Of a stretch of DNA of 64,000 nucleotides, positions 9,791-22,888 are shown one piece after another. The DNA lies in the NCBI GenBank assembly GCA_965202785.1, contig OZ241855.1, forward strand, positions 1,504,001-1,568,000, in the 5' to 3' direction. How positions within the stretch are numbered: position 1 is the first letter of the stretch; each line of letters starts with the position of its first letter. The position numbers and the translations under genes are program-made. Origin of the DNA: Thermodesulfobacteriota bacterium (lineage in GTDB: Bacteria; Desulfobacterota_D; UBA1144; Nemesobacterales; Nemesobacteraceae). The notes beneath the pieces are model-generated. The model was given only the letters and a program-made list of their open reading frames with translations. It was not told where the DNA came from and ran no database searches.

Positions 9791-12700
9791 ATGGATATAG
9801 ACACGCTTTTTGAAAAGCCGAAAAACCCTTCCGATTACTCGACCATAAAAATTTCCATAGCTTCTCCGGAAAAAATCAGGTCATGGTCAAACGGAGAAAT
9901 AAAAAAACCTGAGACTATAAACTACAGAACCTTCAAACCCGAGAGAAACGGTCTTTTCTGTGCCAAAATATTCGGGCCCGTGAAAGATTACGAATGCACC
10001 TGCGGAAAGTACAAAAGACTTAAGCATAGGGGAGTAACGTGTGAGAAATGCGGCGTGGAAGTAATTTCCTCTAAAGTGAGAAGGGAGAGAATGGGTCATA
10101 TAGAACTCGCTTCTCCCGTTGCGCACATATGGCTTCTTCGCAGTATTCCCAGCAGAATAGGAATGCTCCTTGACATGACTTTGAAGGACTTGGAAAGAGT
10201 ACTTTACTTCGAGGCTTACATAGTTGTGGATCCGGGAATTTCCGACCTCAAGTTTGCCCAAGTAATAACCGAAGATGAGTACAGAGCCGAGCGCGAGCGC
10301 TTCGGTTCCGAATTTGTCGTCGGTATGGGGGCCGAGTCGGTACGGGAAATGCTGAAAACTATAGATTTAAACGAGCTTTCTCAGGAACTCAGGACGAGCA
10401 TGAAAGAGACCAAGTCTCCGATCAAAAAAGCCCGTATTGCAAAAAGACTGAGAATATGTGAAGCGTTTCGCAAGTCCAAAAACCGTCCGGAATGGATGAT
10501 CCTCACCACTATTCCTGTTCTGCCACCTGATCTAAGACCCCTTGTTCCTCTTGATGGAGGACGGTTTGCCGCCTCTGATCTTAACGATCTCTACAGAAGA
10601 GTGATCAACAGAAACAACAGGCTGAGAAAACTCCTTGAACTCGGCGCTCCGGACATAATAGTCAGAAACGAAAAGAGGATGCTACAGGAGTCCGTCGACG
10701 CACTTCTGGAGAACGGGAGAAGGGGAAGACCGGTTTTGGGTCACAACCACAGACCACTTAAGAGTCTGAGTGACATAATAAAAGGTAAACAAGGCAGATT
10801 CAGGCAAAATCTTCTGGGAAAAAGAGTCGATTACTCAGGCCGGTCGGTGATTACCGTAGGCCCCGATCTGCGTCTTCACCAATGCGGAATCCCCAAACAG
10901 ATGGCACTTGAGCTTTTCAGGCCCTTTATCTATCAGAAACTTGAAAGATGGGGCGAGGCCGCAACGATAAAGATAGCGAAGAAGCTGCTTGACAGCGAAG
11001 CTCCAGTTGTATGGGACGCTCTTGACGAAGTGATAAAAGAGCATCCGGTGCTTCTTAACAGAGCCCCGACTCTTCATCGTCTGAGCATACAGGCTTTCGA
11101 ACCGGTGCTTATTGAAGATAAAGCCATTCAGCTTCATCCTCTTGTATGCCCCGCCTATAACGCGGATTTTGACGGCGACCAGATGGCGGTTCACGTTCCG
11201 CTTTCAATTGAGGCCCAGACCGAATGCCGCTCGCTCGTTATGTCGACGAACAATATCCTTTCTCCCGCGCACGGAAAGCCGATAATACTTCCCACTCAGG
11301 ATATAGTCCTGGGGCTTTACTACCTCACGAGGGATACAGCTCCGGATAAAAGTTCCGAGCCGGGCCGTGTTTTTTCAGTACGCGAGGTGGTCTTTGCATA
11401 TGAACTGGGAAAGGTCGGTTTGCATGATAGCGTAACAGTGAGGATTGAAGGGCAGAACTATCTGACGACCGTCGGAAGAGTGTTGATGTACGAAGTTATT
11501 CCCCAAGGCGTTTCCTTTGAGCTTATTAACAAGCCAATGACTAAAAGAGCTATAGAGGCCCTTGTGGATGAGTGTTTCAGGAAAACCGGCGGTAAAAGCA
11601 CGGTTTTGCTGGCTGACAGCCTGAGGACTCTCGGATTCAAGTATTCGACAAAGTCCGGAGCTTCTATTTCGATCACGGACATGATTATTCCTGAATCAAA
11701 GAAGGATCTACTGGAAGATGCCCAAGAGGAAGTCTTGAAAGTGCAAGGCCAGTATTCTCAGGGGCTTATAACCGATGGAGAGAGATACAACAAGGTAATA
11801 GATATCTGGGCAAAAACAAGCGATGAAGTTGCTCAGGCAATGATGAGAAAGATTTCTTCAGAGGAAATCCAGACGGGTAAAAACACTACAGTTGCGGGAC
11901 CGAGCTCAAACCCAATATATATGATGATTGATTCTGGGGCGAGGGGAAGCCAGACGCAGGTAAGGCAGCTTGCGGGCATGAGAGGTCTTATGGCGAAGCC
12001 TTCGGGAGAAATAATAGAAACTCCTATCACATCCAATTTCCGTGAGGGGCTGTCGGTGCTCCAGTATTTTATTTCTACCCACGGTGCGAGGAAAGGGCTT
12101 GCGGATACGGCCCTGAAGACGGCAAATGCCGGTTACCTGACGCGGAGGCTGATTGATGCCGCTCAGGACGTAATGATTACTGAACTTGACTGCGGCACCA
12201 TAGAGGGAATTAAAGTAAGTGACTTGGTGGAAGGTGGAGAAATAATCGAAAAAGTGGGAGAGAGGGTGCTTGGAAGGGTGGTGCTTGAAGACATAGAAGA
12301 TCCCCAGACCGGAGAGATAATTGTTCACTCAAACGAGGAAGTCGATGAGGCCGCAGTTGCTAAAATAGATGAAGCGGGCATAAGCGAAGTGAGTATTCGC
12401 TCCGTTCTTACCTGTGAAACTAGAAGCGGTGTCTGCAGGCTCTGCTATGGAAGGAACCTTTCTACCGGAAAGCTTGTGAATATGGGCGAGGCCATAGGCA
12501 TTGTCGCAGCCCAGTCAATCGGGGAACCCGGAACTCAGCTTACCATGAGAACGTTTCATATAGGTGGTGCTGCGAGCCAGAGAGCGGCCGAGAGCACCCT
12601 TGAGAGTCAGCACGAGGGAATAGTCAGGTTCAAGAACATAAAGGCTGTCAAGGGACGTGATAACAAACTGGTTGTTATCAGCAGAAGTGGCGTGCTCTCA

Positions 12701-13936
12701 ATTGAGGACAGCAAGGGATATGAAAGGGAAAAATGTCCTGTTGTACTTGGAGCCAGGCTTAACGTAAAGGAAGGGGACAAGGTGAAGAAGGGGAAAATGC
12801 TCGCTGAGTGGGATCCTTACACTACCCCCATAATTTCGGAGGTTCCGGGTGTTGTAAAGTTCAAGGACCTTGAAGCCGGAGCCACTTACAAGGAACAGGT
12901 GGATGAAGTCACGGGTGTTCTCATGAGGGTGGTGGTTGAGACCAAGGACCTGGAAATGCATCCCACTCTGGACGTCGAGGTGAGTACAGAGGATTTAGAA
13001 TCTCTAGAAATCGGCTCTTTGTCGAAGGATAAGAAAGTACCTTACTCGCTTCCAGTAGGCGCTATAATAGAAGTTGCCGACAAAGATAATATAGAGGCGG
13101 GGGATGTGCTTGCCAAGATTCCGAGAGCGACCTCGAAGACAAAGGACATTACCGGAGGCCTTCCCAGGGTTGCTGAGCTCTTTGAAGCCAGAGTTCCTAA
13201 AGATCCGGCCGTTGTAAGCGAAATCGACGGAATCATATCTTACGGAAAGGATGTAAAGGGTAAGAAGAGAGTTGTGGTAACTCCGGAGATGGGAGAGCCT
13301 AAAGAATATACGGTTCCCAGGGGAAAACATATCTTGGTCAGGGAAGGGGAATTTGTCTCTTCCGGTGACCAGCTTGTCGACGGTGCGGTTAATCCTCACG
13401 ACATTCTGAATATCATGGGAGAAAAAGCCCTTGCCAACTATATGGTTAACGAAATTCAGGAGGTCTACAGACTTCAGGGCGTGAAGATTAACGACAAGCA
13501 TATCGAGGTTATAGTCAAGCAGATGCTGAAAAGGGTGAAGATAAAAGAGCCGGGAGACACTACAATGCTTGTCGGCGAGGCTATAGAGAAAAATGTTTTC
13601 TTTGAGGAAAACGAGAAGATTGTCGAAGAAGGTGGAACCCCGGCAGCGGCCGAGCCGCTTCTTCTGGGTATAACCCGTGCCTCGCTTAGCACACGCAGCT
13701 GGCTTTCCGCCGCGTCTTTTCAGGAAACCACCAGAGTTCTTACCGAAGCCTCCTGCGAGGGCAGGGAAGATGATCTCAGAGGGCTTAAGGAAAACGTTAT
13801 CGTGGGCAGGTTGATTCCGGCTGGCACCGGCCTTCCCATGTACAGAGACATAGGTATAGAGACCGAGGCACCGGAGATACCTGTACCCGTACCGGAAGTC
13901 GAAGAGAAGAGCGAAGACATATTGCTGGAAAGCTAA
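9791..13936 (+). CDS. rpoC: RNA polymerase beta' subunit
   Basis: [12 protein letters not shown] catalytic motif, N-terminal Zn finger, [13 protein letters not shown]. Confidence 0.99.
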   Translation: MDIDTLFEKPKNPSDYSTIKISIASPEKIRSWSNGEIKKPETINYRTFKPERNGLFCAKIFGPVKDYECTCGKYKRLKHRGVTCEKCGVEVISSKVRRERMGHIELASPVAHIWLLRSIPSRIGMLLDMTLKDLERVLYFEAYIVVDPGISDLKFAQVITEDEYRAERERFGSEFVVGMGAESVREMLKTIDLNELSQELRTSMKETKSPIKKARIAKRLRICEAFRKSKNRPEWMILTTIPVLPPDLRPLVPLDGGRFAASDLNDLYRRVINRNNRLRKLLELGAPDIIVRNEKRMLQESVDALLENGRRGRPVLGHNHRPLKSLSDIIKGKQGRFRQNLLGKRVDYSGRSVITVGPDLRLHQCGIPKQMALELFRPFIYQKLERWGEAATIKIAKKLLDSEAPVVWDALDEVIKEHPVLLNRAPTLHRLSIQAFEPVLIEDKAIQLHPLVCPAYNADFDGDQMAVHVPLSIEAQTECRSLVMSTNNILSPAHGKPIILPTQDIVLGLYYLTRDTAPDKSSEPGRVFSVREVVFAYELGKVGLHDSVTVRIEGQNYLTTVGRVLMYEVIPQGVSFELINKPMTKRAIEALVDECFRKTGGKSTVLLADSLRTLGFKYSTKSGASISITDMIIPESKKDLLEDAQEEVLKVQGQYSQGLITDGERYNKVIDIWAKTSDEVAQAMMRKISSEEIQTGKNTTVAGPSSNPIYMMIDSGARGSQTQVRQLAGMRGLMAKPSGEIIETPITSNFREGLSVLQYFISTHGARKGLADTALKTANAGYLTRRLIDAAQDVMITELDCGTIEGIKVSDLVEGGEIIEKVGERVLGRVVLEDIEDPQTGEIIVHSNEEVDEAAVAKIDEAGISEVSIRSVLTCETRSGVCRLCYGRNLSTGKLVNMGEAIGIVAAQSIGEPGTQLTMRTFHIGGAASQRAAESTLESQHEGIVRFKNIKAVKGRDNKLVVISRSGVLSIEDSKGYEREKCPVVLGARLNVKEGDKVKKGKMLAEWDPYTTPIISEVPGVVKFKDLEAGATYKEQVDEVTGVLMRVVVETKDLEMHPTLDVEVSTEDLESLEIGSLSKDKKVPYSLPVGAIIEVADKDNIEAGDVLAKIPRATSKTKDITGGLPRVAELFEARVPKDPAVVSEIDGIISYGKDVKGKKRVVVTPEMGEPKEYTVPRGKHILVREGEFVSSGDQLVDGAVNPHDILNIMGEKALANYMVNEIQEVYRLQGVKINDKHIEVIVKQMLKRVKIKEPGDTTMLVGEAIEKNVFFEENEKIVEEGGTPAAAEPLLLGITRASLSTRSWLSAASFQETTRVLTEASCEGREDDLRGLKENVIVGRLIPAGTGLPMYRDIGIETEAPEIPVPVPEVEEKSEDILLES

Positions 13937-13977
13937 TATTTCCCTTAAGGTCTATTTCTTTCTTTTGATCAGTAGCC

Positions 13978-16662
13978 ATGGAAAAAAGCTACAACCCTGC
14001 CGAGGTTGAACGGAGAATTTATGATTTCTGGATCTCATCGGGACTTCACAAATCCGAAATAAGAGACTCGGCCGAGGTTTTCTCAATTGTTATCCCCCCG
14101 CCCAACGTAACGGGATCGTTGCACATAGGTCACGCTCTTAACAACACCATCCAGGACATTCTTGTCAGGTACAAGAGAATGAATAATTTCGATGTTCTCT
14201 GGGTGCCGGGCACCGACCACGCGGGTATTGCTACTCAGATGATGGTTGAAAAAGATCTTGCCTCCGAAGGACTCACGAAGAACGATTTGGGCAGGGAAAA
14301 ATTCCTCGAACGAATCTGGCAATGGAAGGAAAGCTCCGGCAGCCGAATAACAGAACAGTTAAAAAGACTAGGAGCGCTCCCCGACTGGGAAATGGAGCGG
14401 TTCACCCTTGATGAGGGACTTTCAGAAGCGGTGAGAAAAGTTTTTGTCGATCTTTACTCCCAAGGGCTTATTTACAAGGACAAGAGACTTGTCAACTGGG
14501 ACCCCAAGCTTCGTACGGCCATATCGGATCTGGAAGTGGAGCAGAGAGAGACTCAAGGGAACTACTGGTACATAAGATATCCGATAGAGGGAGACGATGG
14601 CTTGTTTGTTACCGTAGCTACAACACGTCCTGAGACCATGCTTGGAGACACTGCAGTTGCAGTCCATCCTGAAGATCCAAGATACACTGATTTAGTGGGC
14701 AGAAATGCTGTTTTGCCTCTTGTTGGAAGAAAGATCCCGGTAATAGCTGATGAGTACAGCGATCCAGAGAAGGGTACGGGAGCCGTAAAGATAACTCCGG
14801 GACATGATTTTAACGATTTTGAAGTCGGAAAGCGTAACGGTCTTGATATATTAAACATTCTTGACGAACAGGCACATATAACAGGCGATGTTCCTGAAAA
14901 ATACGTGGGACTTGAAAGATTTGAGGCTAGAAAAGCCGTAATCCAGGATCTTGAGGGAGGGGATTTTCTGGTAAAAGTTGAGCAGACCGCCCACACGGTT
15001 CCCTACGGCGACCGCTCCGGGGTGGTCGTAGAGCCTTGGTTGACCGACCAGTGGTACGTAAACACGGAAGAACTTGCCGCCCAAGCCATTTCATACGTAG
15101 AACGCAAAGAAATACGTTTTTATCCGGAGTTCTGGGAAAACACTTATTTTGAATGGATGAGAAATATAGAACCTTGGTGTATCTCGAGACAGCTTTGGTG
15201 GGGTCACCGGATACCCGCATGGTATGGACCTGACGGGGAAGTTTTCGTTGCCATGAATGAGCACGAAGCTGCCGCTTCCGCGAAGAAGCATTATGGTGAA
15301 GAGGTCAAACTTGTTAGGGACCCGGATGTACTGGATACGTGGTTTTCTTCCGGACTCTGGCCCTTCTCAACCCTTGGATGGCCAGCGGAGACCGAAGCGC
15401 TCAGGCATTACTATCCTACATCATGTCTGGTTACCGGATTTGACATTATTTTCTTCTGGGTCGCAAGAATGATAATGCTGGGGCTTAAGTTCAAGAAGGA
15501 TGTGCCTTTTAGGGATGTTTATGTACATGGTCTCATAAGGGATGCAAAAGGCCGCAAAATGAGCAAGACGACGGGCAACGTAATTGATCCTATTGACGTG
15601 ATCGAAAAATACGGTGCCGACGCGCTTCGTTTCTCGCTCGCGGCGCTTGCCGCCCAAGGGAGGGATATAAAGCTTACCTTTCCTGTTATCGAGGGATACA
15701 GGAACTTCATGAACAAGATATGGAATGCCACAAGATTTGTGTTTATGAACCTTAAACCAGAGATGATTCACGACTCTGACCTCGACAACTCTTCCCTAAG
15801 TGTCCCTGACCGATGGATTCTCAGCAGGCTCAACTTCACCCTCAGCGAAGTTGAAGAATTCATTGAAAACTACGAATTCGACAAGGCTTCCCAGGCGCTT
15901 TATCACTTCATATGGGATGATTACTGCGATTGGTATCTTGAAATATCCAAGTTTTCGCTTTATGGGGAGGATGAAGAGTCTAAAAAGACCACTCTTAACG
16001 TGCTCGTGCGGGTTCTGGTCCGTTTCCTGCGAGCACTCCATCCTTTTGCGCCCTATATTACAGAGGAAATATTCCGAATATTCAGGGAAAAGGGGATAAA
16101 TCTTCTTAAAGAAGAAGGTCTTGATTCAAAGAGCATTCTTGAAGCCCAGTATCCGAAACCGAACGAAAGCGAGATATTCAGGGAAGAGTCAGAGCAGGTT
16201 GAGCTTATAAAAAGTGTTGTAGCTGGAATAAGAAACCTGCGGGCGATTGTGGGGATTCATCCTTCGGAGAAGGTCTCAATTCATCTTAATTCCGAAAGTA
16301 ACGAGGCAGGGGATATTTTAAGGCAGAACCTTGAAATCATCCTGGGCATGGCTTCTCTTGGGGATTGCGTTATTTGCGGAGGGGCTGTTCGGGGTAAAGC
16401 AGTCTCGGAAGTTGTTTCGGGGGTAGAAATAATTATGCCGGTTGAGAACCTGCTTGATCTCGAGAAGGAAATCTCCAGATTGAGCAAGGACCTGGCAAAA
16501 GTTTCACAGGAACTTAAAAAAACCGAGGGTAAACTTGCAAACAGGGATTTCATCAAACGTGCTCCCGAAGATGTTGTGGAGAAGGAAAGGGGAAAACTGG
16601 ATGAATTTCAAAGCCACAAGAAAAAGCTTGAGGAGATTCTCGGGAAACTTTCGGCTGTATAG
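13978..16662 (+). CDS. valS: Valine--tRNA ligase
   Basis: PPPNVTGSLHIGH, WCISRQLWWGHRIP, KMSKT, C-terminal coiled coil. Confidence 0.98.
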   Translation: MEKSYNPAEVERRIYDFWISSGLHKSEIRDSAEVFSIVIPPPNVTGSLHIGHALNNTIQDILVRYKRMNNFDVLWVPGTDHAGIATQMMVEKDLASEGLTKNDLGREKFLERIWQWKESSGSRITEQLKRLGALPDWEMERFTLDEGLSEAVRKVFVDLYSQGLIYKDKRLVNWDPKLRTAISDLEVEQRETQGNYWYIRYPIEGDDGLFVTVATTRPETMLGDTAVAVHPEDPRYTDLVGRNAVLPLVGRKIPVIADEYSDPEKGTGAVKITPGHDFNDFEVGKRNGLDILNILDEQAHITGDVPEKYVGLERFEARKAVIQDLEGGDFLVKVEQTAHTVPYGDRSGVVVEPWLTDQWYVNTEELAAQAISYVERKEIRFYPEFWENTYFEWMRNIEPWCISRQLWWGHRIPAWYGPDGEVFVAMNEHEAAASAKKHYGEEVKLVRDPDVLDTWFSSGLWPFSTLGWPAETEALRHYYPTSCLVTGFDIIFFWVARMIMLGLKFKKDVPFRDVYVHGLIRDAKGRKMSKTTGNVIDPIDVIEKYGADALRFSLAALAAQGRDIKLTFPVIEGYRNFMNKIWNATRFVFMNLKPEMIHDSDLDNSSLSVPDRWILSRLNFTLSEVEEFIENYEFDKASQALYHFIWDDYCDWYLEISKFSLYGEDEESKKTTLNVLVRVLVRFLRALHPFAPYITEEIFRIFREKGINLLKEEGLDSKSILEAQYPKPNESEIFREESEQVELIKSVVAGIRNLRAIVGIHPSEKVSIHLNSESNEAGDILRQNLEIILGMASLGDCVICGGAVRGKAVSEVVSGVEIIMPVENLLDLEKEISRLSKDLAKVSQELKKTEGKLANRDFIKRAPEDVVEKERGKLDEFQSHKKKLEEILGKLSAV

Positions 16663-16696
16663 CCAGAACTCTTGATTTCAGTACGGTCTGACGGGA

Positions 16697-18109
16697 CTAA
16701 AAAAGGTCCATTTGTTGATGCGACACTTTCTCGTCTGTTATTTCCACCGGATAATTTCCGTCAAAACACGCAAAACAGTAGCTCGATTTTCCGCTAAAGG
16801 ACTTGTCACCATTGGTTACCGCTTTTGCTATCCCCTCCGTGCTTAGGTATCCCAGAGTATCGGAAGTTATGTAGTCCTTTATTTTTTCTACTTCAAGAGA
16901 ATGAGCTATGAGTTCTTCTTTGAGAGGAGTATCTATGCCGTAGTAGCATGAGAACTTCATCGGGGGTGAACTTATTCTCATGTGAACTTCCTTGGCTCCG
17001 GCATCGCGTATCATCTTGACGATTTTTCTGCTGGTTGTCCCTCTTACTATGGAGTCGTCAACCACTACTACTTTTTTCCCGTCTATGACCTCTTTTATCA
17101 CGCTGAGTTTCAGTTTCACTCCGAAGTTTCTTATTGATTGTTGGGGTTCAATAAAGGTTCTTCCGATATAGTGGCTTCGCAGGAAGCCGGTTTCAAAAGG
17201 GATTCCCAGCTGCTCGGCGTATCCCATAGCTGCCGGCGTTCCCGAATCTGGTACGGCCACGACGATATCCGCGTCGGCCGGAGATTCGATCGCGAGCTGT
17301 TTCCCCATGTTTTTTCTCATCTGGTAAATGTTCTTTCCTTGGAGAAACGAATCGGGTCTCGAGAAATATATGTTTTCAAACACGCAGTATTTATGCTGTT
17401 TTTTCGGAAGCGGATTGAATGACCTGATTCCTTTCTCATTTATGAATATTATTTCCCCTGGCTCTACTTCCCTTAAATAATCGGCTCCTATTAGCTCAAA
17501 AGCACATGACTCGGAGGCCACAACGTAAGAATTATCAATCTTTCCGAGAACAAGAGGCCTGAATCCGTGGGGATCACGTGCAGCTACTAGCCCTTTGGGG
17601 GTAAGAAACAAAAGACAATAAGCCCCTTTGCATTCAGTAAGGGCTTCTATGATTCTTCCCAAGAAGGTTTTTTCCTTTGATCTCGCTATGAGGTGTACAA
17701 TTACCTCGGTATCTGTTGTTGACTGGAATATGGAACCTTCCTTCTCAAGCTTGTGTCTCAGCACTCTCGCATTTGTAAGATTGCCATTGTGCCCAACCGC
17801 TAACTCTCCTTTTTCGTAATTCATAATCAGAGGCTGGGTATTTTTATTGTTGCTTGAGCCTGTTGTGGAGTACCTTACGTGGCCGATTGCGGTAGTGCCT
17901 TTAAGCTTCAATATGGACTCTTCTTCAAAAACTTCGGTTACGAGTCCCATCTCCCGGTGGGAGTAAAGCTTCTCGCCATCGGTTGACACTATGCCAGCGC
18001 TTTCCTGACCTCTGTGTTGAAGAGAATAGAGGCCGAGATAGGTAAAGTTGGCGGCGGCTGGATGATCATATATTCCAAAGACTCCGCACTCTTCGCGTAG
18101 CTTTGCCAT
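16697..18109 (-). CDS. purF: Amidophosphoribosyltransferase
   Basis: MAKLREE-CGVFG (propeptide plus catalytic Cys), QHRGQE, VDDSIVRGTT; start moved to ATG 18109. Confidence 0.97.
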   Translation of the reverse strand: MAKLREECGVFGIYDHPAAANFTYLGLYSLQHRGQESAGIVSTDGEKLYSHREMGLVTEVFEEESILKLKGTTAIGHVRYSTTGSSNNKNTQPLIMNYEKGELAVGHNGNLTNARVLRHKLEKEGSIFQSTTDTEVIVHLIARSKEKTFLGRIIEALTECKGAYCLLFLTPKGLVAARDPHGFRPLVLGKIDNSYVVASESCAFELIGADYLREVEPGEIIFINEKGIRSFNPLPKKQHKYCVFENIYFSRPDSFLQGKNIYQMRKNMGKQLAIESPADADIVVAVPDSGTPAAMGYAEQLGIPFETGFLRSHYIGRTFIEPQQSIRNFGVKLKLSVIKEVIDGKKVVVVDDSIVRGTTSRKIVKMIRDAGAKEVHMRISSPPMKFSCYYGIDTPLKEELIAHSLEVEKIKDYITSDTLGYLSTEGIAKAVTNGDKSFSGKSSYCFACFDGNYPVEITDEKVSHQQMDLF

Positions 18110-18111
18110 TG

Positions 18112-20346
18112 TCACCCCTCTGAGACCGAAAGGCTTCTCCGAAAGCCCATAGACCATGCATCGTGAACTGCTGAGATTCTCATGTCGATTAAATCTTCAA
18201 CGCAGAACCTGTCGTTATCAATGACTACTCCGGCACGCAGCACGGGAACGCCGTAATTGTTCGCCATCTCTTTTATTTTCTCCCAATTGTTTTCGTTTAT
18301 GCTAGCTATTACTCTGGATTGCGTTTCGGAGAAAAGAAACAGGTCGCTTCTAAGAGAGTTTTCATTTATGTCGGGCGCTTTTACCACGACCCCCCTTGTG
18401 CCATCTGGACTAAAGCAACATTCCGCGAGCGCTACAGCAAAGCCGCCCTCAGATATGTCGTGCGCCGACTTAAGTATACTTTGAGAAGCGCATGCAATCA
18501 ACATTTCGGCAAGCTTTTTCTCTTTATCAAGATCAATTGAAGGTGGTTTCCCGTCAATCAAGCCGTGTTGGATCTTGAGGTACTCGCTTCCTCCTATATC
18601 TTCTTCTATCGCTCCTCCGAGTAATATCACTAGATCTCCAGGATCTTGAAACCAAGAAGTGACGATTTTGGCGGTATCTTTTATTAGGCCTACCATTACC
18701 ACAGTCGGGGTAGGGAATATTGCGATACCCTCGGTTTCGTTGTAAAGACTGACGTTGCCGCTTACAACCGGCGTGTTGAATGTTCTCGCAGCTTCCGACA
18801 TGCCTTCAACGCTTTCTGAGAACTGCCACATTATCTCGGGGTTTTCAGGATTTCCAAAATTAAGGCAATCGGTGATTGCAAGGGGAGAAGCGCCACAGCA
18901 GGCCAGATTTCTGACGCTTTCCGCAACAGCTATTTTACTTCCCTCACGGGGATTTAAATAGCAATATCTAGAATTCACATTAGATGTCATTGCGATCCCT
19001 TTTTGAGTGCCCTTGAGTCTTATTATTGCGGAATCCGCTCCTGGTCCCAAAACGGTGTCGGTTCTTACCATGTGGTCATACTGCTCGTAAACCCATTTCT
19101 TGCTTGATACAGTCGGAGAAGACAGAATTTCGAGGAAAACTCTTTGAATGCCTTGAGGTTCAGGGAGATTTTCCGAATCCAGCCTTTTTATTTTCTTGAG
19201 GTAATCGGGTTTTTTTACGGGTCTTTTGTAAGTTGGTGCGCCCGAGGTTATGAGGTCCACGGGCAGATCCGCAACTGTGGTTTCTTCTTCTACAATGGTC
19301 AATCTTCCCGAATTGGTCACCTTGCCGATAATCGAGAAGTCAAGGTTCCACTTGCTGAAAATATCTCGGGCTGTATCTTCCTTGCCCTTTTCCAAGACTA
19401 CAAGCATTCTTTCTTGCGATTCAGAAAGCATTACTTCATAAGGAGTCATTCTTTCTTCTCGTCTGGGAACTCTGCCAATTTCAATCTCAAGTCCGGTTCC
19501 CGCACGATCAGCCATCTCTGTTGAAGAGGATGTAAGGCCTGCAGCTCCCATGTCCTGTATGCCGACAACACAATCAGTTTTAAACAGCTCTAAACAGGCT
19601 TCAAGAAGAAGTTTTTCCGTAAACGGGTCTCCCACCTGTACCGCGGGCCTTTTCTCTTCGGTTTCCTCCGTAAAGGTATCCGATGCCATGATGGCTCCCT
19701 GTATTCCGTCTCTTCCGGTCTTTGATCCGACGTATATTACGGGATTTCCCTCGCCCGACGCATATCCACGGAAAACATTATCTTTTTTGGTGACTCCGAG
19801 GGCGAAGGCGTTTACCAAGGGGTTTCCATTGTAGCAATCGTCAAAATATATCTCTCCTCCTATCGTGGGAATACCCATGCAGTTTCCATAGCCGGCTATT
19901 CCCGATACGACTCCTTCAACCAGAAATTTTGTTTTCTGAAGATGTGGATTTCCGAATCGAAGAGAGTTTAAAAGCGCCACGGGTCTTGCTCCCATGGTGA
20001 ATATGTCCCGGAGTATCCCCCCGACTCCAGTCGCGGCGCCTTGGTAAGGCTCTATGAAGGAGGGATGATTGTGGCTTTCCATTTTAAAAACGACGCAGTC
20101 GCCGTCCCCTATATCCACTACTCCGGCGTTTTCTCCAGGGCCCTGTATGACCTGTTTTCCCTCTGTGGGAAATTTTCTAAGGTGCACCTTGGAGCTTTTA
20201 TAGGAGCAGTGTTCAGACCACATAGCTCCCAGAATTCCAATTTCTGTTGAGTTTGGCTCTCTGCCCAAAGTCTCGATTATCTTTTCGTATTCGCTTTCAG
20301 TGAGACCGTGGTCCAAGGCAAACTGCAGAGATTTTCTATCCTTCAT
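18112..20346 (-). CDS. purL: FGAM synthase subunit PurL (small form)
   Basis: [41 protein letters not shown]. Confidence 0.98.
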   Translation of the reverse strand: MKDRKSLQFALDHGLTESEYEKIIETLGREPNSTEIGILGAMWSEHCSYKSSKVHLRKFPTEGKQVIQGPGENAGVVDIGDGDCVVFKMESHNHPSFIEPYQGAATGVGGILRDIFTMGARPVALLNSLRFGNPHLQKTKFLVEGVVSGIAGYGNCMGIPTIGGEIYFDDCYNGNPLVNAFALGVTKKDNVFRGYASGEGNPVIYVGSKTGRDGIQGAIMASDTFTEETEEKRPAVQVGDPFTEKLLLEACLELFKTDCVVGIQDMGAAGLTSSSTEMADRAGTGLEIEIGRVPRREERMTPYEVMLSESQERMLVVLEKGKEDTARDIFSKWNLDFSIIGKVTNSGRLTIVEEETTVADLPVDLITSGAPTYKRPVKKPDYLKKIKRLDSENLPEPQGIQRVFLEILSSPTVSSKKWVYEQYDHMVRTDTVLGPGADSAIIRLKGTQKGIAMTSNVNSRYCYLNPREGSKIAVAESVRNLACCGASPLAITDCLNFGNPENPEIMWQFSESVEGMSEAARTFNTPVVSGNVSLYNETEGIAIFPTPTVVMVGLIKDTAKIVTSWFQDPGDLVILLGGAIEEDIGGSEYLKIQHGLIDGKPPSIDLDKEKKLAEMLIACASQSILKSAHDISEGGFAVALAECCFSPDGTRGVVVKAPDINENSLRSDLFLFSETQSRVIASINENNWEKIKEMANNYGVPVLRAGVVIDNDRFCVEDLIDMRISAVHDAWSMGFRRSLSVSEG

Positions 20347-22025
20347 TTGTCCTCCGGGGGCTGGATGAATTTTGTTGCCTTGGATATGTCCATGTCCCTG
20401 AAAAGATATCTCTTTACTTTTCTTGTGGTTGTTTTCGGTAATTCTTCTCTGGCGACTGCAAAATGACTGATTCTCTTGTGGGGCTCAAGCCGACGGTTAA
20501 GTTTGCTTATCTCGCCTTTAAGGATGTCCCAGATTCTCTGATCGTCTCCGTGTCGTGGGGATTGTCCCAGCTTTTTGGAAATTCCCTCCGCCTCTGGAAA
20601 TATCACGGCCTGTATCCTTTCATCATCCGGGCTGAATACAATCGCTTCTTCGACCGTTTCAAGCGGGGTGAGCTTCTCCTCGATTTCCTCAGGAGAAATG
20701 TTCTTTCCTCCCTTAGTTACGATAACCGATTTTTTTCTTCCCGTTATGTAGAGATAGCCTTCGTGATCAAAATAACCAAGGTCACCGGTTCTGAGCCAGC
20801 CGTCATCCGAGAGGATCTCTCTTGTCGCACCTGGATTCTTGTAATAGCCTTTCATTACGCTTGGACCCTTCACGCATATTTCACCGACTCCTTCGGAGTC
20901 TAAATCTCTTATCTCTACCTCGGTGTTTTCAAGCACCATGCCGCCGCTTGCGTTCTTCGGTCTCGAAAAAGGATTCGCGGCTATAACTGCAGCCGTTTCA
21001 CTCATTCCGTATCCCTGCAAGAGGGGAAATTCGTATTTTTCAAGCCCTTGAGAAGCTGGTTCCGAGAGGGCGGCACCGCCGCTTACTATGATTCTGAGGC
21101 GGTCAAGACCCAGACGTTTTCTCGCCATTTTCCCGAAAAATTTAGATGGCAGGGCTCTTGTGAGGAAATTTTTTGCCTTGCTCTGTTCAATTCTCTGAAG
21201 CAGTCTCTCGAGTATCAAGGGGGTGTTAAGCCACACGGTTGGTCTTGCGACCTTAAGGTCAGAGAGCATCTCCCTCGGTTTTATGCTTCTTGCGAAAAAC
21301 ACCCTTTGCCCGCAGTAAAAGGACAGCAGTATTCCACCTATTCTTTCATATACGTGGTGGATAGGCAGTATGGAAAAAGCTGTATCTTCGTGCGTTATGG
21401 GAAAAGCGCCGTAAAGCGTTTCCAGGTTTGACATTATGCTCGCGTGGGAGAGCATTACGCCTTTGGGATTGCCCGTGGTTCCCGAAGTAAAAACTATATC
21501 GGCTGTGTCTTCGGGTTCTGATTTTTCCGCGGGCACGGTTTTTTCGGTATGTGTCCGAACCTCAAGAGCATCGTCTATTGGTATTATGTGCTCGACCGTC
21601 CCTGTGTTACTCAAAACCTCAGTAAACCCTGTCGAGGCGATGAGAAATTTAGAATCTGAGAGTGCAAGCACCTGTTTTATGTGCTCTGTTCTTGCCCTTG
21701 CGTCGAGCGGAACGGCTATGGCGCCTGCCCAGATTACCGCAAAGTAGGAAATCGCCCATTGGGGGCTGTTCTCACCCACTATTGCAACATGCTCCCCTCT
21801 GTTAAGACCAAGAGAGATGAGGTGGGCTGAAAACCCGGTGAAAAGAGCGAAAACTTCGCTGAAAGTGAGGGAACTTACGGACAGATCATTTTTTCTTATG
21901 GAATACGCAGTCTTATCCGCGTACAGAGAGGATTTTCTCTCAAGCATCCCCTGTATTGTGGCTATTTGGTGCTTGCTTCTTGTGGTGGGGAGTCTTTTTT
22001 CCGTGCGGGTGAATCTTTTCATCAA
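20343..22025 (-). CDS. Long-chain acyl-CoA synthetase (AMP-binding)
   Basis: [41 protein letters not shown]. Confidence 0.88.
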   Translation of the reverse strand: MMKRFTRTEKRLPTTRSKHQIATIQGMLERKSSLYADKTAYSIRKNDLSVSSLTFSEVFALFTGFSAHLISLGLNRGEHVAIVGENSPQWAISYFAVIWAGAIAVPLDARARTEHIKQVLALSDSKFLIASTGFTEVLSNTGTVEHIIPIDDALEVRTHTEKTVPAEKSEPEDTADIVFTSGTTGNPKGVMLSHASIMSNLETLYGAFPITHEDTAFSILPIHHVYERIGGILLSFYCGQRVFFARSIKPREMLSDLKVARPTVWLNTPLILERLLQRIEQSKAKNFLTRALPSKFFGKMARKRLGLDRLRIIVSGGAALSEPASQGLEKYEFPLLQGYGMSETAAVIAANPFSRPKNASGGMVLENTEVEIRDLDSEGVGEICVKGPSVMKGYYKNPGATREILSDDGWLRTGDLGYFDHEGYLYITGRKKSVIVTKGGKNISPEEIEEKLTPLETVEEAIVFSPDDERIQAVIFPEAEGISKKLGQSPRHGDDQRIWDILKGEISKLNRRLEPHKRISHFAVAREELPKTTTRKVKRYLFRDMDISKATKFIQPPEDK

Positions 22026-22037
22026 AGCAGTGTCTTT

Positions 22038-22766
22038 CTAGATTATTTCCCTTAGATCTTCCAGATCTTTTATGATGAATTTCGGTTTCGCCTGGGTGAA
22101 CTGTCCTGTTCTTTTTACCCACACGGAGTCAATCCCGCAGTCTGAAGATCCCATTATGTCAGCTTCAGGATTATCTCCTATGAAAATAACGTCTGATGGA
22201 CTCTCGCCGAGACTGGCGAGAGTGAATTCGAATATTTTCCTGTGAGGTTTTCTCCAGCCTACTTCCTCTGAGATCACTATATGTTCAAAGAAATCCGCAA
22301 TTCCGAATTTTCCAAGCAGTTCTCGTGCCGTGGGAGCGTGATCAAAGTTTGAGACGACCGAAAGCCTGTATCCTTTTTCCTTAAGGTACAGAAGAACTTC
22401 CGTGTGATGCTCCGGATATACCATGGCTCCAGAGAGGCTTTCCATGTGTGAGCGTACGAACTTCTCGAGCAGGCTGTCGTCTTCCTTTAGACCTGTTTTC
22501 TCCATGAACATCTCGAACCTTTTTCTGTTCGGATACTCTCTTAAATCCTTTTTCCTGAGTTCCAGAAGTTCTCTGTGGCTTTCAACAAAAGGTTCGTAGA
22601 AATCCGTAAATTCCATTTCACCGAGACTGCTTCGCATTCGTGTGAAAACGTGCTGCGCGGTGGAGTTCCAGGTTTCTCCATTAAGAGTTATCTTCGGCAG
22701 AAGGGACGGCTCGAACATGACAAGCGTATCAAAAAGATCAAAAAGCACCGCCGAATATTTTTTCAT
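22038..22766 (-). CDS. HAD-superfamily hydrolase
   Basis: FDLFDTLV motif I, VSN, KP, IGDNPEADI. Confidence 0.9.
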   Translation of the reverse strand: MKKYSAVLFDLFDTLVMFEPSLLPKITLNGETWNSTAQHVFTRMRSSLGEMEFTDFYEPFVESHRELLELRKKDLREYPNRKRFEMFMEKTGLKEDDSLLEKFVRSHMESLSGAMVYPEHHTEVLLYLKEKGYRLSVVSNFDHAPTARELLGKFGIADFFEHIVISEEVGWRKPHRKIFEFTLASLGESPSDVIFIGDNPEADIMGSSDCGIDSVWVKRTGQFTQAKPKFIIKDLEDLREII

Positions 22767-22888
22767 CGAAAATTGTTCTTTTAAGATCTTCTATATGATT
22801 CCCATTCTATTTGACTGAAAAGATAACTGTGGTTGGGCATGGTCTTCTTTGCAGTCCTGAAAAGATCAAAAAAAGGCTAAAGTCTAAC

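Noticed and set aside
22767-22888. Attachment-site or direct repeats at the island borders (compared with 34187-34242)
   Set aside because: No matching repeat was found by eye, and there is no integrase or tRNA nearby.
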